DNA of 64,000 nucleotides, taken from assembly GCA_001604185.1 (NCBI GenBank), contig LVAV01000098.1, forward strand, positions 46,999-110,998, written 5' to 3'. The notes under the pieces were generated by a model. It was not told the origin of the DNA. It was given only the letters and a program-made list of their open reading frames with translations, and ran no database searches. Positions within the stretch are counted from its first letter, which is position 1; every line of letters starts with the position of its first letter. The DNA comes from Clostridiales bacterium Firm_16. GTDB lineage: Bacteria; Bacillota; Clostridia; Saccharofermentanales; Saccharofermentanaceae. Shown here in pieces: positions 56,201 through 64,000 of this stretch. A program made the translations under genes and the position numbers.

Positions 56201-59200
56201 GAACACCGTGTCTTTTGCCGGGATCTTAGTCGTGTCATCCATTTTGCGCCACTTGCTCTTATCGCCGATGAACTCACTGAAAGCCGGCATATTGATCAAT
56301 TCTATTCCTTTGTCGGATGTGTATTTTTCACTGAAGTCCCAATCTCTGACTACTTCTCTGGTCTTAACATTGCGGACATTAATACAATTCGTATTCTGTG
56401 CCGGATAATAATACCAGTCGTAGTTATAGGCATCGTTCTGAAGTGATTTTTTCAAAGCATCAGGGATACTATTCACGGCAGAGGCGTTAGCCGATATTTT
56501 CTGCTCATAGGCAGATGCCAACGGCTTTTTACTATCAGCCTTCTCGTTCAGGATATGCCAGTCTGACTCCGATTCATAGAAATTGAAGTACAGATCGGCC
56601 TTTGTGCTCGGGGCATGCATCATAAAATACAGGTACTCATCGCCCGGGAACACCATAAGCCATCCTCGGCTGTTCTTATCGCCCTGGACGACTTCGCTCT
56701 CATAGAGAAGACCGCGGAACAACTCCACAAACAGATTGGATTTTCCTTCTGTGAATCGAGTTAAATATGCTTCCCAGGCGAGTTCGTCATACGTCTCTTT
56801 GGCAAATGCCAGATTGTAACCAGGATAACGCTCTACAAGGTTGTCCACGTCCATGTAGTATAGCACGCCGTCCAGGCCGTCAAACTCGATGGTCTCTTTC
56901 TTGTTGTAATAAGACTTCGGATTTGCAAACATAGGCTGACATTCATCTTTGAATTCCAGGCCCTTCCCCTTCGTTTTGCAGAGGTATACATCCGCAGTAC
57001 CCTTGACCGGTGTACCTGTCCAGTGTACTTTGACTGTTCGCTCGATCTTGCGGGTATTCAGACCAAAGCCTGCTCCGTAGTTCAGAAGGGACTTGGTCTT
57101 TGCCGGTTCACCCTGATACCAGGTAAAAGTGAACTCACCCCAGAGCTCTGTGTCTTGCACAGAGTTCGGCTTGGCGTAGATCATATTGGTGACAGGATCG
57201 TACAGGAATGCGCCCTTCTTCTTATCCTCTTCGGTAGCATCGGAGAAGTCCTTGCCCTTTGGTGTAAAGTCTACATGGAAGTTTCTCTCATCCTTCTGAA
57301 CATAGTTCATGCCCCATGCGGTGAAGCTGCTGCTGCCGCCTACTGCCACACTTCTGTCCATGTTATCGCTGTCGATATCGCCGGTATCGATCTCCATGAA
57401 CTGAATATTGAACAGATCATCCGGTACTTTGATGGAAGCGCCACCAATAACTTTCGTGTCTGTGTTTTTCTCGTTTTTGTTCTTTTCCGTCCGTGCTTCG
57501 ATGGTCAGATTCAGTTTCTCGTCGTCATCTTCTATCTCGAAGTCCAGGGCGCAGAACTCATCTCCCAATGACAATAGCGGCCATCGGACATCATAGATAT
57601 CAAAACGTTGCTCCAGTTTGCCCTCTCCCATCTGCATCTTGAAATCGATATCAAGGTACAGTCCGAACTGAGCCAGAAGTGAACCGAACATCTCGGTGCT
57701 GGAGCCCTTTCCACTCTCCCACTTATAACCGACGTAGAAGTATCCGAAGAATTCCAGATACACACCGATCTCTGCGGTAACACCAAGAGATGCGAGAGAT
57801 GTGGACAGTAAGCCGATTCGGAAGTCAAACTCGAATCCTACACGGATACCTACCATACCGAAAATGAAGAAGTCTACCTGGAAATTAGGCGTCTCCAGAT
57901 CGCCGCACGTAGAACTGCTGCTCGGATGGAATACAGTAAAGTTGGCAGTGATCTGCTTTGCATTCCCGTATGTAATGGACACACCAAGCATAACGTTCAA
58001 CTTAAATTTCACGACAAAGTTGATACCAAGGCTCAGAGCAATTACATGCAGCGGATCCGCCGGCAGTTCAAACTTTGCCAGTGGTTTATTCACCAGAGTC
58101 ACGTATTTGGCATCGCTATCCTGGATAAAGCCGGCATACTTTTCCTCGAAGCTGCCACCTACGCTGTTATGCATCTCCTCCGTTCCTTCGCCGTCTTTAC
58201 CGTAGTCTTTATTATCATTTTTCTTCGTAATGGTTTTGTTCGTAGCGCCACCCGGAATGTGTGTGATACCCAGTCCGTCAGAACCGAACTTACTGAGCTT
58301 GGCAATACCTTGAATACCGGTACCCAGCTTCTTCACATCCAGATAAGCTTTACCTCGCTTGCCCGGAGCAGCCGTGGTTTCGTCCTTCGGCATCAGCTCC
58401 TTGACCGGCGGTTCCTCTTTATCCGCATCCACCGTCTGTACAGTGACAGTAATACCAGCGCCGACATAAATGCCCGCGTGCAGTCCTACCGTACCGCCGA
58501 CGTCGTAAATATACGGGAAGATTTTCCACTTACGCCATTCCACTTCCCACTTAATGGTCAGACCGAATGCCACTTCGACTTCGATCATGGCCACTACCGT
58601 GATCTTGATATCGGCGTCGTCGTTTATCTTGATCTTGATGGTCATCTCTGCCGCCAGTTCAGCACGAAGACCTGTACCGGTAAAGTGCTGCAGGCCAAGG
58701 CCCATCAAGAATGACAGCTTCGGTGGCCATTCCACTTCCACCTTGCTTCCGCCTGCAAGCTGCTGGACTTCTTCGAGAGAGATCTCTCCACCGCCATCGC
58801 GCTGGAATTTGATTTCCTTCAATGCATCCGAATATTTAGAATCCGGAAGTACGGCTTCATCGTTGCCGCTGATCAGTTCACCGATGTACTCCGCAGAGTC
58901 CTCCAGGAAACCACTTTCTTCAACGTCCTTCTTAATTGCTTCGCCTACTTCTTTCAATTCTTCATCTGACATAGGAACCGGAACATTGTCCAGCTGCATG
59001 AACATATCAGTAGAACGACGCAGTTTCTGCTCGCTGACCTCATCATAAAGAACCTGCAGTCCGCCGTCTTTCTCTTCCACAGCCGTAATGCAGCCATAAC
59101 CAGTCAGTTCCATGGAGTCAGCATTCAAGCTGCCTTTGTAAACCGCGATAAAATCACCCGGCTCCACTACTGTATCAGAGTCAAGGCCCGCATCTTTGTA

Positions 59201-60760
59201 TTGACCGTTGCCAAACTGAAGCTGATCGGCAGAAATGAAAATCTTTCCGTCTTTAAAACTGCCGTCATCCTGAACAGGAATGATGTCCGGCAGGAAGATC
59301 ACTTCTTCGAAATCCGGAGTTTCGTACGCGTACTGACCCTTTCCCTTCACTTCAGTGATCTTAAAATATCCGATGGAACCGTCCACAGATCCGTCAGAGC
59401 TCAGTTTGCCGTCATATACTGCAACTTTCGTTCCGACTTCGATGGACTTGTCTCCATTATAGGTCAGAACACCTTTATCGTCATTGGGAACGACGGTCAT
59501 GTCATCGCCGTCCGAATCTGCCTTGAAGAGACCGTTATCCAGCGATACACCGGATACCTGATCAAGAGGCAGGAACACGACACTGCTGTTCAGTTTCATG
59601 TTATTAAAGTCATCCTGATGGACGGTGATGTTGTAGTAAACAACATATTCCGTGCATTCAATATTGTCTCGGAAGAATCGCAATAATGTGGTATCCAGTA
59701 TCTCGACCTGATGCATATCACCACGATTCCATCCACCTGGGCAGCGCACTGAATAATGGGCAGCAGGAAGCTCCTTCAGGACATCTGCGAAGCGTTCCTC
59801 AAGATTGATCACTTCATCTCCCATTTCCTCGAATTTGCTGTCTTTCTCTATACCTGTCTGCTGCAGTTCCACGTCTGACAGAAGACCGGCAAGCTGTGTG
59901 AGTGTGATCTTCTTCGGATCCAGCTTAGCCTTATAGACACGGTCCAGCAGGTCAGCCGCTTCCATTGCTTCGGAAAAATCTGACTCCATCGGAGCGTAGA
60001 ATAATACCAGTTCAGCAATGACCGCATCTGTCAATGCCGGCACCTCTTCGCCTGCTTCATCTTTTGTAACGATCGCCTTCAGCACGTCCGTCAGCTTATC
60101 GCCAAGTTCACCGGCCTGCGCCTTCAGGCAGGCATCCTTAGCCAATGTGCGTACACGGGTGTCCGGAATCAGATTGGCCATATCCGGAGCAAGTCTTTCC
60201 AGTACGAACTCTTCCGCACCTTCCACCTTAGAAAGGTTTGTTGCCTTCATGCGCTCTTTGATCTGCTCTTCAGACAGTCCGTAGGCAACGATCTCCATGG
60301 CAAAGTCCGGCTCGACATCCAATGTAGAAATATAGTTGATACGGAATGTATCATCATAGTTCTGCAATGGTGCAAAAGACGGATACAACGTCATATTACG
60401 ATCCACGCTGTCTGCTCCGTCTGCAGGCTTGGTAAGTGCGGCATCGTAATACCAACCGGCAAATCCATAGTTTTCACGAGTCGGTTCCGCTACTGCATAG
60501 ATCAGTGTACCTGCCGGAAGCATCATCGGTTCCGGAAGTTTGATCTCGTCTTTTTCATCCTGGGTAAGACCCTTCGGCAGCGCAAAGCTGACCTCATAGT
60601 AAACGGTGTTTTCGTCCTTGGTATCCTGCACGGACTTATCAGACGATGCCGAATACGGATCGGTCGCCGCCGCGATATCACGGAACGGCAGGATGCCGAT
60701 CACCATGATGAACGTCAGCAGCCAGGATATCGTTCGCTTTTTATTCCACCTAATGCTCAT
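53285..60760 (-). CDS. Giant secreted protein (2491 aa): signal peptide, Listeria-Bacteroides (Flg_new) repeats, central amphipathic beta block, Cys-rich modules
   Basis: The signal peptide is MSIRWNKKRTISWLLTFIMVIGILPFRDIAAA. Flg_new-type repeats are present (GFAGWYYDA...MTLYPSF, GYTFQYWQDKDGN...LTLYPKF, GFTFMGWADADGK...VTLYPQF). Repeated H.H...C...G...Y.C..CG Cys modules occur. RBS GGAGG lies 8 nt upstream. I saw no LPXTG, SLH or C-terminal TM. Confidence 0.85.
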   Translation of the reverse strand: MSIRWNKKRTISWLLTFIMVIGILPFRDIAAATDPYSASSDKSVQDTKDENTVYYEVSFALPKGLTQDEKDEIKLPEPMMLPAGTLIYAVAEPTRENYGFAGWYYDAALTKPADGADSVDRNMTLYPSFAPLQNYDDTFRINYISTLDVEPDFAMEIVAYGLSEEQIKERMKATNLSKVEGAEEFVLERLAPDMANLIPDTRVRTLAKDACLKAQAGELGDKLTDVLKAIVTKDEAGEEVPALTDAVIAELVLFYAPMESDFSEAMEAADLLDRVYKAKLDPKKITLTQLAGLLSDVELQQTGIEKDSKFEEMGDEVINLEERFADVLKELPAAHYSVRCPGGWNRGDMHQVEILDTTLLRFFRDNIECTEYVVYYNITVHQDDFNNMKLNSSVVFLPLDQVSGVSLDNGLFKADSDGDDMTVVPNDDKGVLTYNGDKSIEVGTKVAVYDGKLSSDGSVDGSIGYFKITEVKGKGQYAYETPDFEEVIFLPDIIPVQDDGSFKDGKIFISADQLQFGNGQYKDAGLDSDTVVEPGDFIAVYKGSLNADSMELTGYGCITAVEEKDGGLQVLYDEVSEQKLRRSTDMFMQLDNVPVPMSDEELKEVGEAIKKDVEESGFLEDSAEYIGELISGNDEAVLPDSKYSDALKEIKFQRDGGGEISLEEVQQLAGGSKVEVEWPPKLSFLMGLGLQHFTGTGLRAELAAEMTIKIKINDDADIKITVVAMIEVEVAFGLTIKWEVEWRKWKIFPYIYDVGGTVGLHAGIYVGAGITVTVQTVDADKEEPPVKELMPKDETTAAPGKRGKAYLDVKKLGTGIQGIAKLSKFGSDGLGITHIPGGATNKTITKKNDNKDYGKDGEGTEEMHNSVGGSFEEKYAGFIQDSDAKYVTLVNKPLAKFELPADPLHVIALSLGINFVVKFKLNVMLGVSITYGNAKQITANFTVFHPSSSSTCGDLETPNFQVDFFIFGMVGIRVGFEFDFRIGLLSTSLASLGVTAEIGVYLEFFGYFYVGYKWESGKGSSTEMFGSLLAQFGLYLDIDFKMQMGEGKLEQRFDIYDVRWPLLSLGDEFCALDFEIEDDDEKLNLTIEARTEKNKNEKNTDTKVIGGASIKVPDDLFNIQFMEIDTGDIDSDNMDRSVAVGGSSSFTAWGMNYVQKDERNFHVDFTPKGKDFSDATEEDKKKGAFLYDPVTNMIYAKPNSVQDTELWGEFTFTWYQGEPAKTKSLLNYGAGFGLNTRKIERTVKVHWTGTPVKGTADVYLCKTKGKGLEFKDECQPMFANPKSYYNKKETIEFDGLDGVLYYMDVDNLVERYPGYNLAFAKETYDELAWEAYLTRFTEGKSNLFVELFRGLLYESEVVQGDKNSRGWLMVFPGDEYLYFMMHAPSTKADLYFNFYESESDWHILNEKADSKKPLASAYEQKISANASAVNSIPDALKKSLQNDAYNYDWYYYPAQNTNCINVRNVKTREVVRDWDFSEKYTSDKGIELINMPAFSEFIGDKSKWRKMDDTTKIPAKDTVFFAIRTPKTFTVTWKYDDGDKTTKVKYGEALKAPSTPVRQGYTFQYWQDKDGNQYKTMPAKNLTLYPKFVGGEYTITWILDGQTKTSKAKAGTNPLSTCPFKTNNQGINWTTTKGDLLTTINEEYEMPKKDLTLYGIYTYQCDWVLYDTGNGKYVSLASEFRSQETLAGDKALENMPEAVSKYTSDTRYTYDFLRIYTTGIDNVKAQKNNWKPVYNSTLFYAYNSTYILRRSPVMVKVTWKYDDGDVVTTNWVGRKLTPPKEISRKGFTFMGWADADGKTYEYPPYEDVTLYPQFVEHEHTWDEGTVITPATCIHTGSITYTCTDCGKTKTEELPIDPHNHVGETELRDAKEATCTEDGYTGDTYCTSCGAMISEGKAIPAFGHDYELIGWTWTGYTAATATFTCKNDADHTEKVQATITSVRTEPTETEEGSVVYTATVVFEGETYTDTKTEKLRIIKKPKLGSEYKAKDGGAAIEKTVLWNYASEMYEAEQKTYLSELDPFKDLQLWAYVGELSGNGKGQVVDATLTWAENYSSVRLEEIQAGDVFKVRITPSDTEQYVEMIATLTVVHEHDPMEPTMENYVDPTCEEAGSFDEVVYCATCHEELSRVKKTIPALGHDLVSYKAKAATCKEAGNSAYWHCKRCDKYFSDEKCQHEIAKDSWVIPVDPDAHVTKTVRTEPYPILNEDGYCTEGWHVGSSVVTCSVCGKVLENKVIKVKPTLINEDDTLTISMAEFLDDPDGKLSDYDYILSYWWPAATSNGCMSNDRWDLEGATVTWSKPGTRIGDIEPGVKLSVHIRPADKDLDTYAEVDVQLTVVEAPEPEPEYFTVIWRDGSANGTTLKTAQFENGCTWSSVKAAMPDVAPREGQSYEWYFIMGNNGSQYPGSDDPSQIFEPQTEEELHYYDDTTLWVKGEIWDTAIIYTVWSQDAVSVGSSSLQTSEETVKTSPVDEPKKKSSGQKAMDETVGETPL

Positions 60761-60799
60761 ATTTTTACTCCTCCATCTCCTATGGCAAATTTAGTTTTC

Positions 60800-61528
60800 T
60801 CAGTCGTTAAGAAGTTCCAGGATCTTATCCGCAGGTGTTGCCAGATTCAGATTCTGCGCTTTTTCATAGGTACCCATGACCATACCCGTCACTTGTCCCT
60901 GATTGTTTAAAACCGGTCCGCCACTACACCCCGCGGACACCGGTGCGGAAAACAGGATCCAGTCCGCCTCCTGCGCCTTCCACATGCCACATACATTTCC
61001 CTTACTTACCAGATTCGTTAATCCGAACTGGCTTCCTATTACCAGGATTTCTTCGCCTCGCAAGGGTCTGCTTGTCGCAACTGGAAGGGCTTTCAGTCCG
61101 GCATCCTCCGGCAGCGGACAGATGGCTATGTCTGCATCTGTGTCGGCCACCGACGCGTGATCGATACGGAAAGAAGTTCCGTCATCCCGCCAGGCGGTCA
61201 TGTATGCCATGTTATGGATCACGTGGGCAGCTGTGACCAGCACGACCGGATCCCCTATGGCAAAGCCGCTGCCTGTGCCGATCTTATCACCGTTCGCGTC
61301 GAAAACTTCAAGTCGCACCGCACTGGCCGCCGCTTTTTCGATCGATTCCGGATCCGAAAGGAAGGTATCGTTTCTCTCCTCCGGTACAGAAACGGTATCA
61401 CGCTGGATCTCATCTGATGCCGTTCCGTCCGTATCCCGGGTCAGGCAGGCGCCCGTTACGAGACCGAACAGTATCGGCATACAAAGCAGCCATACAAGAT
61501 ACCGTTGCCTTTGATTCTTTCGTTTCAT
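60800..61528 (-). CDS. Signal-anchored trypsin-fold (S1 family) serine protease
   Basis: Catalytic triad context VTAAHVI, DADIAIC and GCSGGPVLN, with an N-terminal hydrophobic anchor LVWLLCMPILFGLVTGA. It is ATGA-coupled to the upstream gene. Confidence 0.8.
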   Translation of the reverse strand: MKRKNQRQRYLVWLLCMPILFGLVTGACLTRDTDGTASDEIQRDTVSVPEERNDTFLSDPESIEKAAASAVRLEVFDANGDKIGTGSGFAIGDPVVLVTAAHVIHNMAYMTAWRDDGTSFRIDHASVADTDADIAICPLPEDAGLKALPVATSRPLRGEEILVIGSQFGLTNLVSKGNVCGMWKAQEADWILFSAPVSAGCSGGPVLNNQGQVTGMVMGTYEKAQNLNLATPADKILELLND

Positions 61529-61866
61529 GTGTCACCTTCTTTCCGTTCACCGTCAGGATCTTTCTTCTGTTTGCGCTTTCTCATGTATATGCATAGCAGT
61601 GTCACCGTTACACCTAATGCAAAAGCAATCACCGCCGCCAGTACATATCCTCCGGCTTCCCGGGTCAGAAGTAGAGAGCCATACACCGATTCATCGGCAG
61701 TACCGGTCTCCATTCTCGTCATGGCAGCGATCACGAGAACAAGTGCGACACATATCGTCCCTGTTGCAACAGAGAGCACCCGGCAGAATCTGCGTTCTTT
61801 CCGTACACGGATCTGCTCGCTTCGATGAAGGATCTCCGACAAAGCTTCCTCCGCTGTGTATTTCAT
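61525..61866 (-). CDS. Small 2-TM protein, paralog B of the anti-sigma-like protein at 63446
   Basis: 113 aa. It shares CVAL, YGSLLL, GYV and IAFALGV.VTLL blocks and the same helix/TM/loop/TM layout with the 108-aa protein. Confidence 0.6.
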   Translation of the reverse strand: MKYTAEEALSEILHRSEQIRVRKERRFCRVLSVATGTICVALVLVIAAMTRMETGTADESVYGSLLLTREAGGYVLAAVIAFALGVTVTLLCIYMRKRKQKKDPDGERKEGDT

Positions 61867-61976
61867 TGCATTCTCACCTCCAAACGCATCGTCGTTCTTG
61901 TTCGCCTTTTACTACTTAGTAACAGTTCCCGTCGGATTTACTCATACGATTTTTCATTTTTTTCGCTTTTTTTTGC

Positions 61977-62008
61977 AAAAAACACCGCCGCCCCGGAAGG
62001 GCAGCGGT
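61977..62008 (-). terminator. Rho-independent terminator after the PrsW-like gene
   Basis: The minus strand reads ACCGCTGCCC-ttccg-GGGCGGCGGT followed by GTTTTTT. Confidence 0.65.
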
Positions 62009-62043
62009 TTGCAGGATTTCTTATTCCAATTTTTTCTCGAGTT

Positions 62044-62676
62044 TTATTCCATCGTCTTCTCGAGTTTCCGGTACAGGAAGTACAACCCGACAGTTGCCAC
62101 CAACGGCAACAGATACCCGAGGGTCCTCGGCACACCGGGCTCAGAAACAAGCAGATTATAAAGGGCATGGAATGTCATGGCTATGGAAAGACCGCCCGCG
62201 ACGGCCGGGAAAGAGAATACCCGCAGGCGCTTGGCAATAATGAACCATATACAAAGCGACAGGATACTCTCAACATGCATGACGCCCACGGCGAGTCCAC
62301 GGATCAGGATATAGGTCACGCTTTCTGCTCCGAAGGTCAGAATGTAGCAGCAATTCTCGAAGGTGGCAAATCCCGTACCTATTGCTACCGCAAGCATCGT
62401 CATCGTACGATCCTCCGGTTCAAACAGAACCGCGAAGAAAAGGAGCGGTAAAAGCTTCATGAGTTCCTCCACCACAGGTGAAAGGAAAATGGATGTGTCG
62501 TTGGCACTCATGCCCGTGACCAGATTCAGGAATCCGCCGATATAGGCAGAGAGCAGACACATGCCCATACCCAGCAGAAATGCCGTCACATAGCTACGGA
62601 CTTTTCCTCGGACGAACAGAGTGGATACCAGAAGCGGAATGGCAATGCACAGGAGAATGTGTTCAGCATAGATCAT
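62044..62676 (-). CDS. PrsW-family intramembrane protease-like protein
   Basis: 210-aa polytopic protein with VVEELMK (EExxK), GFATFEN and FHALYN, the three PrsW signature blocks. It is ATGA-coupled to the upstream gene. Confidence 0.6.
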   Translation of the reverse strand: MIYAEHILLCIAIPLLVSTLFVRGKVRSYVTAFLLGMGMCLLSAYIGGFLNLVTGMSANDTSIFLSPVVEELMKLLPLLFFAVLFEPEDRTMTMLAVAIGTGFATFENCCYILTFGAESVTYILIRGLAVGVMHVESILSLCIWFIIAKRLRVFSFPAVAGGLSIAMTFHALYNLLVSEPGVPRTLGYLLPLVATVGLYFLYRKLEKTME

Positions 62677-63449
62677 GCCTGCGCCACCTCCCTTCGGAGT
62701 GCCATAAGCATCAACGGGAAACTAATCGTGGCCATCATAAAAAACGCCATATAAAAGTATCCGTCACTCATATACATAGATATAATCGACCATGCGAATG
62801 CCGCAAAAGCGCGGCTGACCATCTGGGAGGCCTGTCGTTCTGTCCGGTAAGCCACGACTGCACGAATAATCGAATACGTGGTCATCGCAAACAAAAGGCA
62901 ATAGCAGAAAAGATCCATAGGGGTTCGGACGGTCTCCGTCACGAAAAAAGTTCCGGTCTGTGCGCAGATGAGGATCAAGCTGGTAAGACCGGTCAGCCAC
63001 CATTCCCATCTGGGGAACACGTCTGACTGCTTGATCTCCGCCACCAGATGGCAGAGGAAATATCCCAGGACCACACCTGTGAGAATATCCTGGACCCATT
63101 CGCCGGACCACGCGATCCATAAGGCTGTATTGGCCGCCGCAAACAAAGCGGCAAAAAACATCTCCTTCGTGGCAAAACGGTGATGTGACCTGTTCTGCAA
63201 GGAGGCGCCAACCATCAAGAACATCGCCCACTCACCGATCTCATTCGCGGCAAAGGGCATGCGGGTCTCCGGACGCAAGAGAGAATAGGCCTGCCAATAC
63301 AGATTACTGAGCATGGCACTTGCTATGGCAAAAGCAAAGAATACCAGGTATACGGTATTCTTCTCATTTCTGATCAGTCGTATCGCGCCGAGGAAAACAA
63401 GTAACAGTACACTTGTCTGAAGCACATTCAGAATAGTTTCCGGACTCAT
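62673..63449 (-). CDS. Polytopic (about 7-8 TM) membrane protein, unknown family
   Basis: Highly hydrophobic ORF. I chose the start at ATG 63449 (MSPETIL), ATGA-overlapped with the upstream stop. The track's 63485 start would overlap by 40 nt. Confidence 0.6.
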   Translation of the reverse strand: MSPETILNVLQTSVLLLVFLGAIRLIRNEKNTVYLVFFAFAIASAMLSNLYWQAYSLLRPETRMPFAANEIGEWAMFLMVGASLQNRSHHRFATKEMFFAALFAAANTALWIAWSGEWVQDILTGVVLGYFLCHLVAEIKQSDVFPRWEWWLTGLTSLILICAQTGTFFVTETVRTPMDLFCYCLLFAMTTYSIIRAVVAYRTERQASQMVSRAFAAFAWSIISMYMSDGYFYMAFFMMATISFPLMLMALRREVAQA

Positions 63450-63772
63450 TTGCGGGCCTGCTCCTTCTGTCGCAGTCTCTTCCAATGAACACCGAGCAGC
63501 GTAACACAGACCCCAAGTGCAAAAGCGATCAAAGCGACCACAACGTAGCCTGTATACGGGGCCGCCAGCAGAAGACTACCGTACTGCTGCATCTCATTCT
63601 TCTGTGTCAAAGGTTCCAGCCGTGGGAGATAGACCGCAACAACGACCAGCAAAGCCACGCACACGCCTGACGCCGCCAGACTTGCATAGATTTGATTTCT
63701 GATCGTCCTTTTTTCCTTGACGACTTCAGCCCTCTTCATGATTTCCAGCAGCTGTTCATCAGTACTACGCAT
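63446..63772 (-). CDS. Small 2-TM protein in anti-sigma position (paralog A)
   Basis: 108 aa. Its start codon overlaps the sigma-factor stop (ATGCGTAG). It has an N-terminal charged helix and then two TM helices. Confidence 0.6.
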   Translation of the reverse strand: MRSTDEQLLEIMKRAEVVKEKRTIRNQIYASLAASGVCVALLVVVAVYLPRLEPLTQKNEMQQYGSLLLAAPYTGYVVVALIAFALGVCVTLLGVHWKRLRQKEQARK

Positions 63773-64000
63773 CTATAAATCCCATCCTTCTCAATTCGTC
63801 TTTCAACGCTTTCTTGCCTCGTTCTGCAAGATTATAGATCTGCTTTCGGTTCTTTCCCATTACGCGTCCGGCTTCCTCACAGGACATCTGTTCGAAGAAC
63901 AATAATGTCAGGATCTGCCGGTAATCCTCGTGAAGGTTCCATAGCGCTTGATAAAGCTGCCGGTTCCTCTCCTCTTTCAGGATATTCCATTCCGGTGTTT
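63765..64000 (-). CDS. Sigma-70-family (ECF-like) sigma factor, C-terminal part only (gene runs off the right edge)
   Basis: My own minus-strand translation gives ...EWNILKEERNRQLYQALWNLHEDYRQILTLLFFEQMSCEEAGRVMGKNRKQIYNLAERGKKALKDELRRMGFIDA, which is a region 4 HTH. Confidence 0.75.
   Translation of the reverse strand, partial: TPEWNILKEERNRQLYQALWNLHEDYRQILTLLFFEQMSCEEAGRVMGKNRKQIYNLAERGKKALKDELRRMGFIDA

Noticed and set aside
61867-61976. Possible ECF-type promoter (GGGAAC ... ) upstream of the paralog/protease/giant operon
   Set aside because: A GGGAAC hexamer is present, but I could not find a convincing CGT-type -10 at 16-17 nt. The upstream region of the sigma gene, needed for comparison, is outside the window. 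I did not annotate it.
1-64000. rRNA, tRNA, CRISPR arrays, transposases, integrases and prophage genes
   Set aside because: I looked in all intergenic gaps and the ORF list. I found no cloverleaf-like tRNA candidates, no regularly spaced repeats with spacers, and no DDE, tyrosine-recombinase or serine-recombinase-like ORFs.

Overview
This looks like a chromosomal segment of a Firmicutes/Clostridia-type genome. My guess from gene order and protein sequences is Lachnospiraceae-like, but I could not run any search, so every family call rests on motifs I recognise by eye. Roughly two thirds is conserved housekeeping. That part holds mraZ-rsmH (start of the dcw cluster) and one long minus-strand operon, rimP-nusA-ylxR-ylxQ-infB-rbfA-nrnA-truB-ribF-lgt-SEDS. 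It also holds thrS behind a Thr-specific T-box leader, mutS2, pfkA, dnaE, uvrB with a LexA-type box, metG-tatD, rho, mreB and leuS. I saw no rRNA, tRNA, CRISPR array, transposase or integrase. The unexplained content is: (1) 53285-64000, a sigma factor / 2-TM anti-sigma-like protein / polytopic membrane protein / PrsW-type protease unit. It sits directly upstream of an operon led by a paralog of the 2-TM protein, which also encodes an S1 serine protease and a 2491-aa secreted giant with a central amphipathic beta-strand block. (2) 15147-19495, an AT-rich two-gene islet between thrS and the next operon, bracketed by a ~75-nt imperfect direct repeat. It encodes a 1131-aa secreted CBM-like/TSP3-repeat protein with a possible caspase-fold His/Cys domain, plus a small bitopic protein. 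(3) 19629-22541, an operon of a P-loop NTPase, a TM/zinc-ribbon protein and an SPFH (YdjI-like) protein ending in three tandem zinc ribbons. (4) 39249-41920, three diverged tandem paralogs, each exactly 888 nt, built as zinc ribbon, coiled coil, TM helix and C-terminal domain. (5) 36045-39229, a compact operon of a nucleosidase-like protein, an SP-lyase-family radical SAM protein, a zinc-ribbon membrane protein and an SDR. (6) A LuxE/LuxC-like pair after leuS. (7) An untracked 50-aa ORF behind a perfect 16-bp palindrome next to an XRE regulator. Many very long ORFs in the track are codon-aligned antisense shadows of highly expressed genes, and I rejected them.
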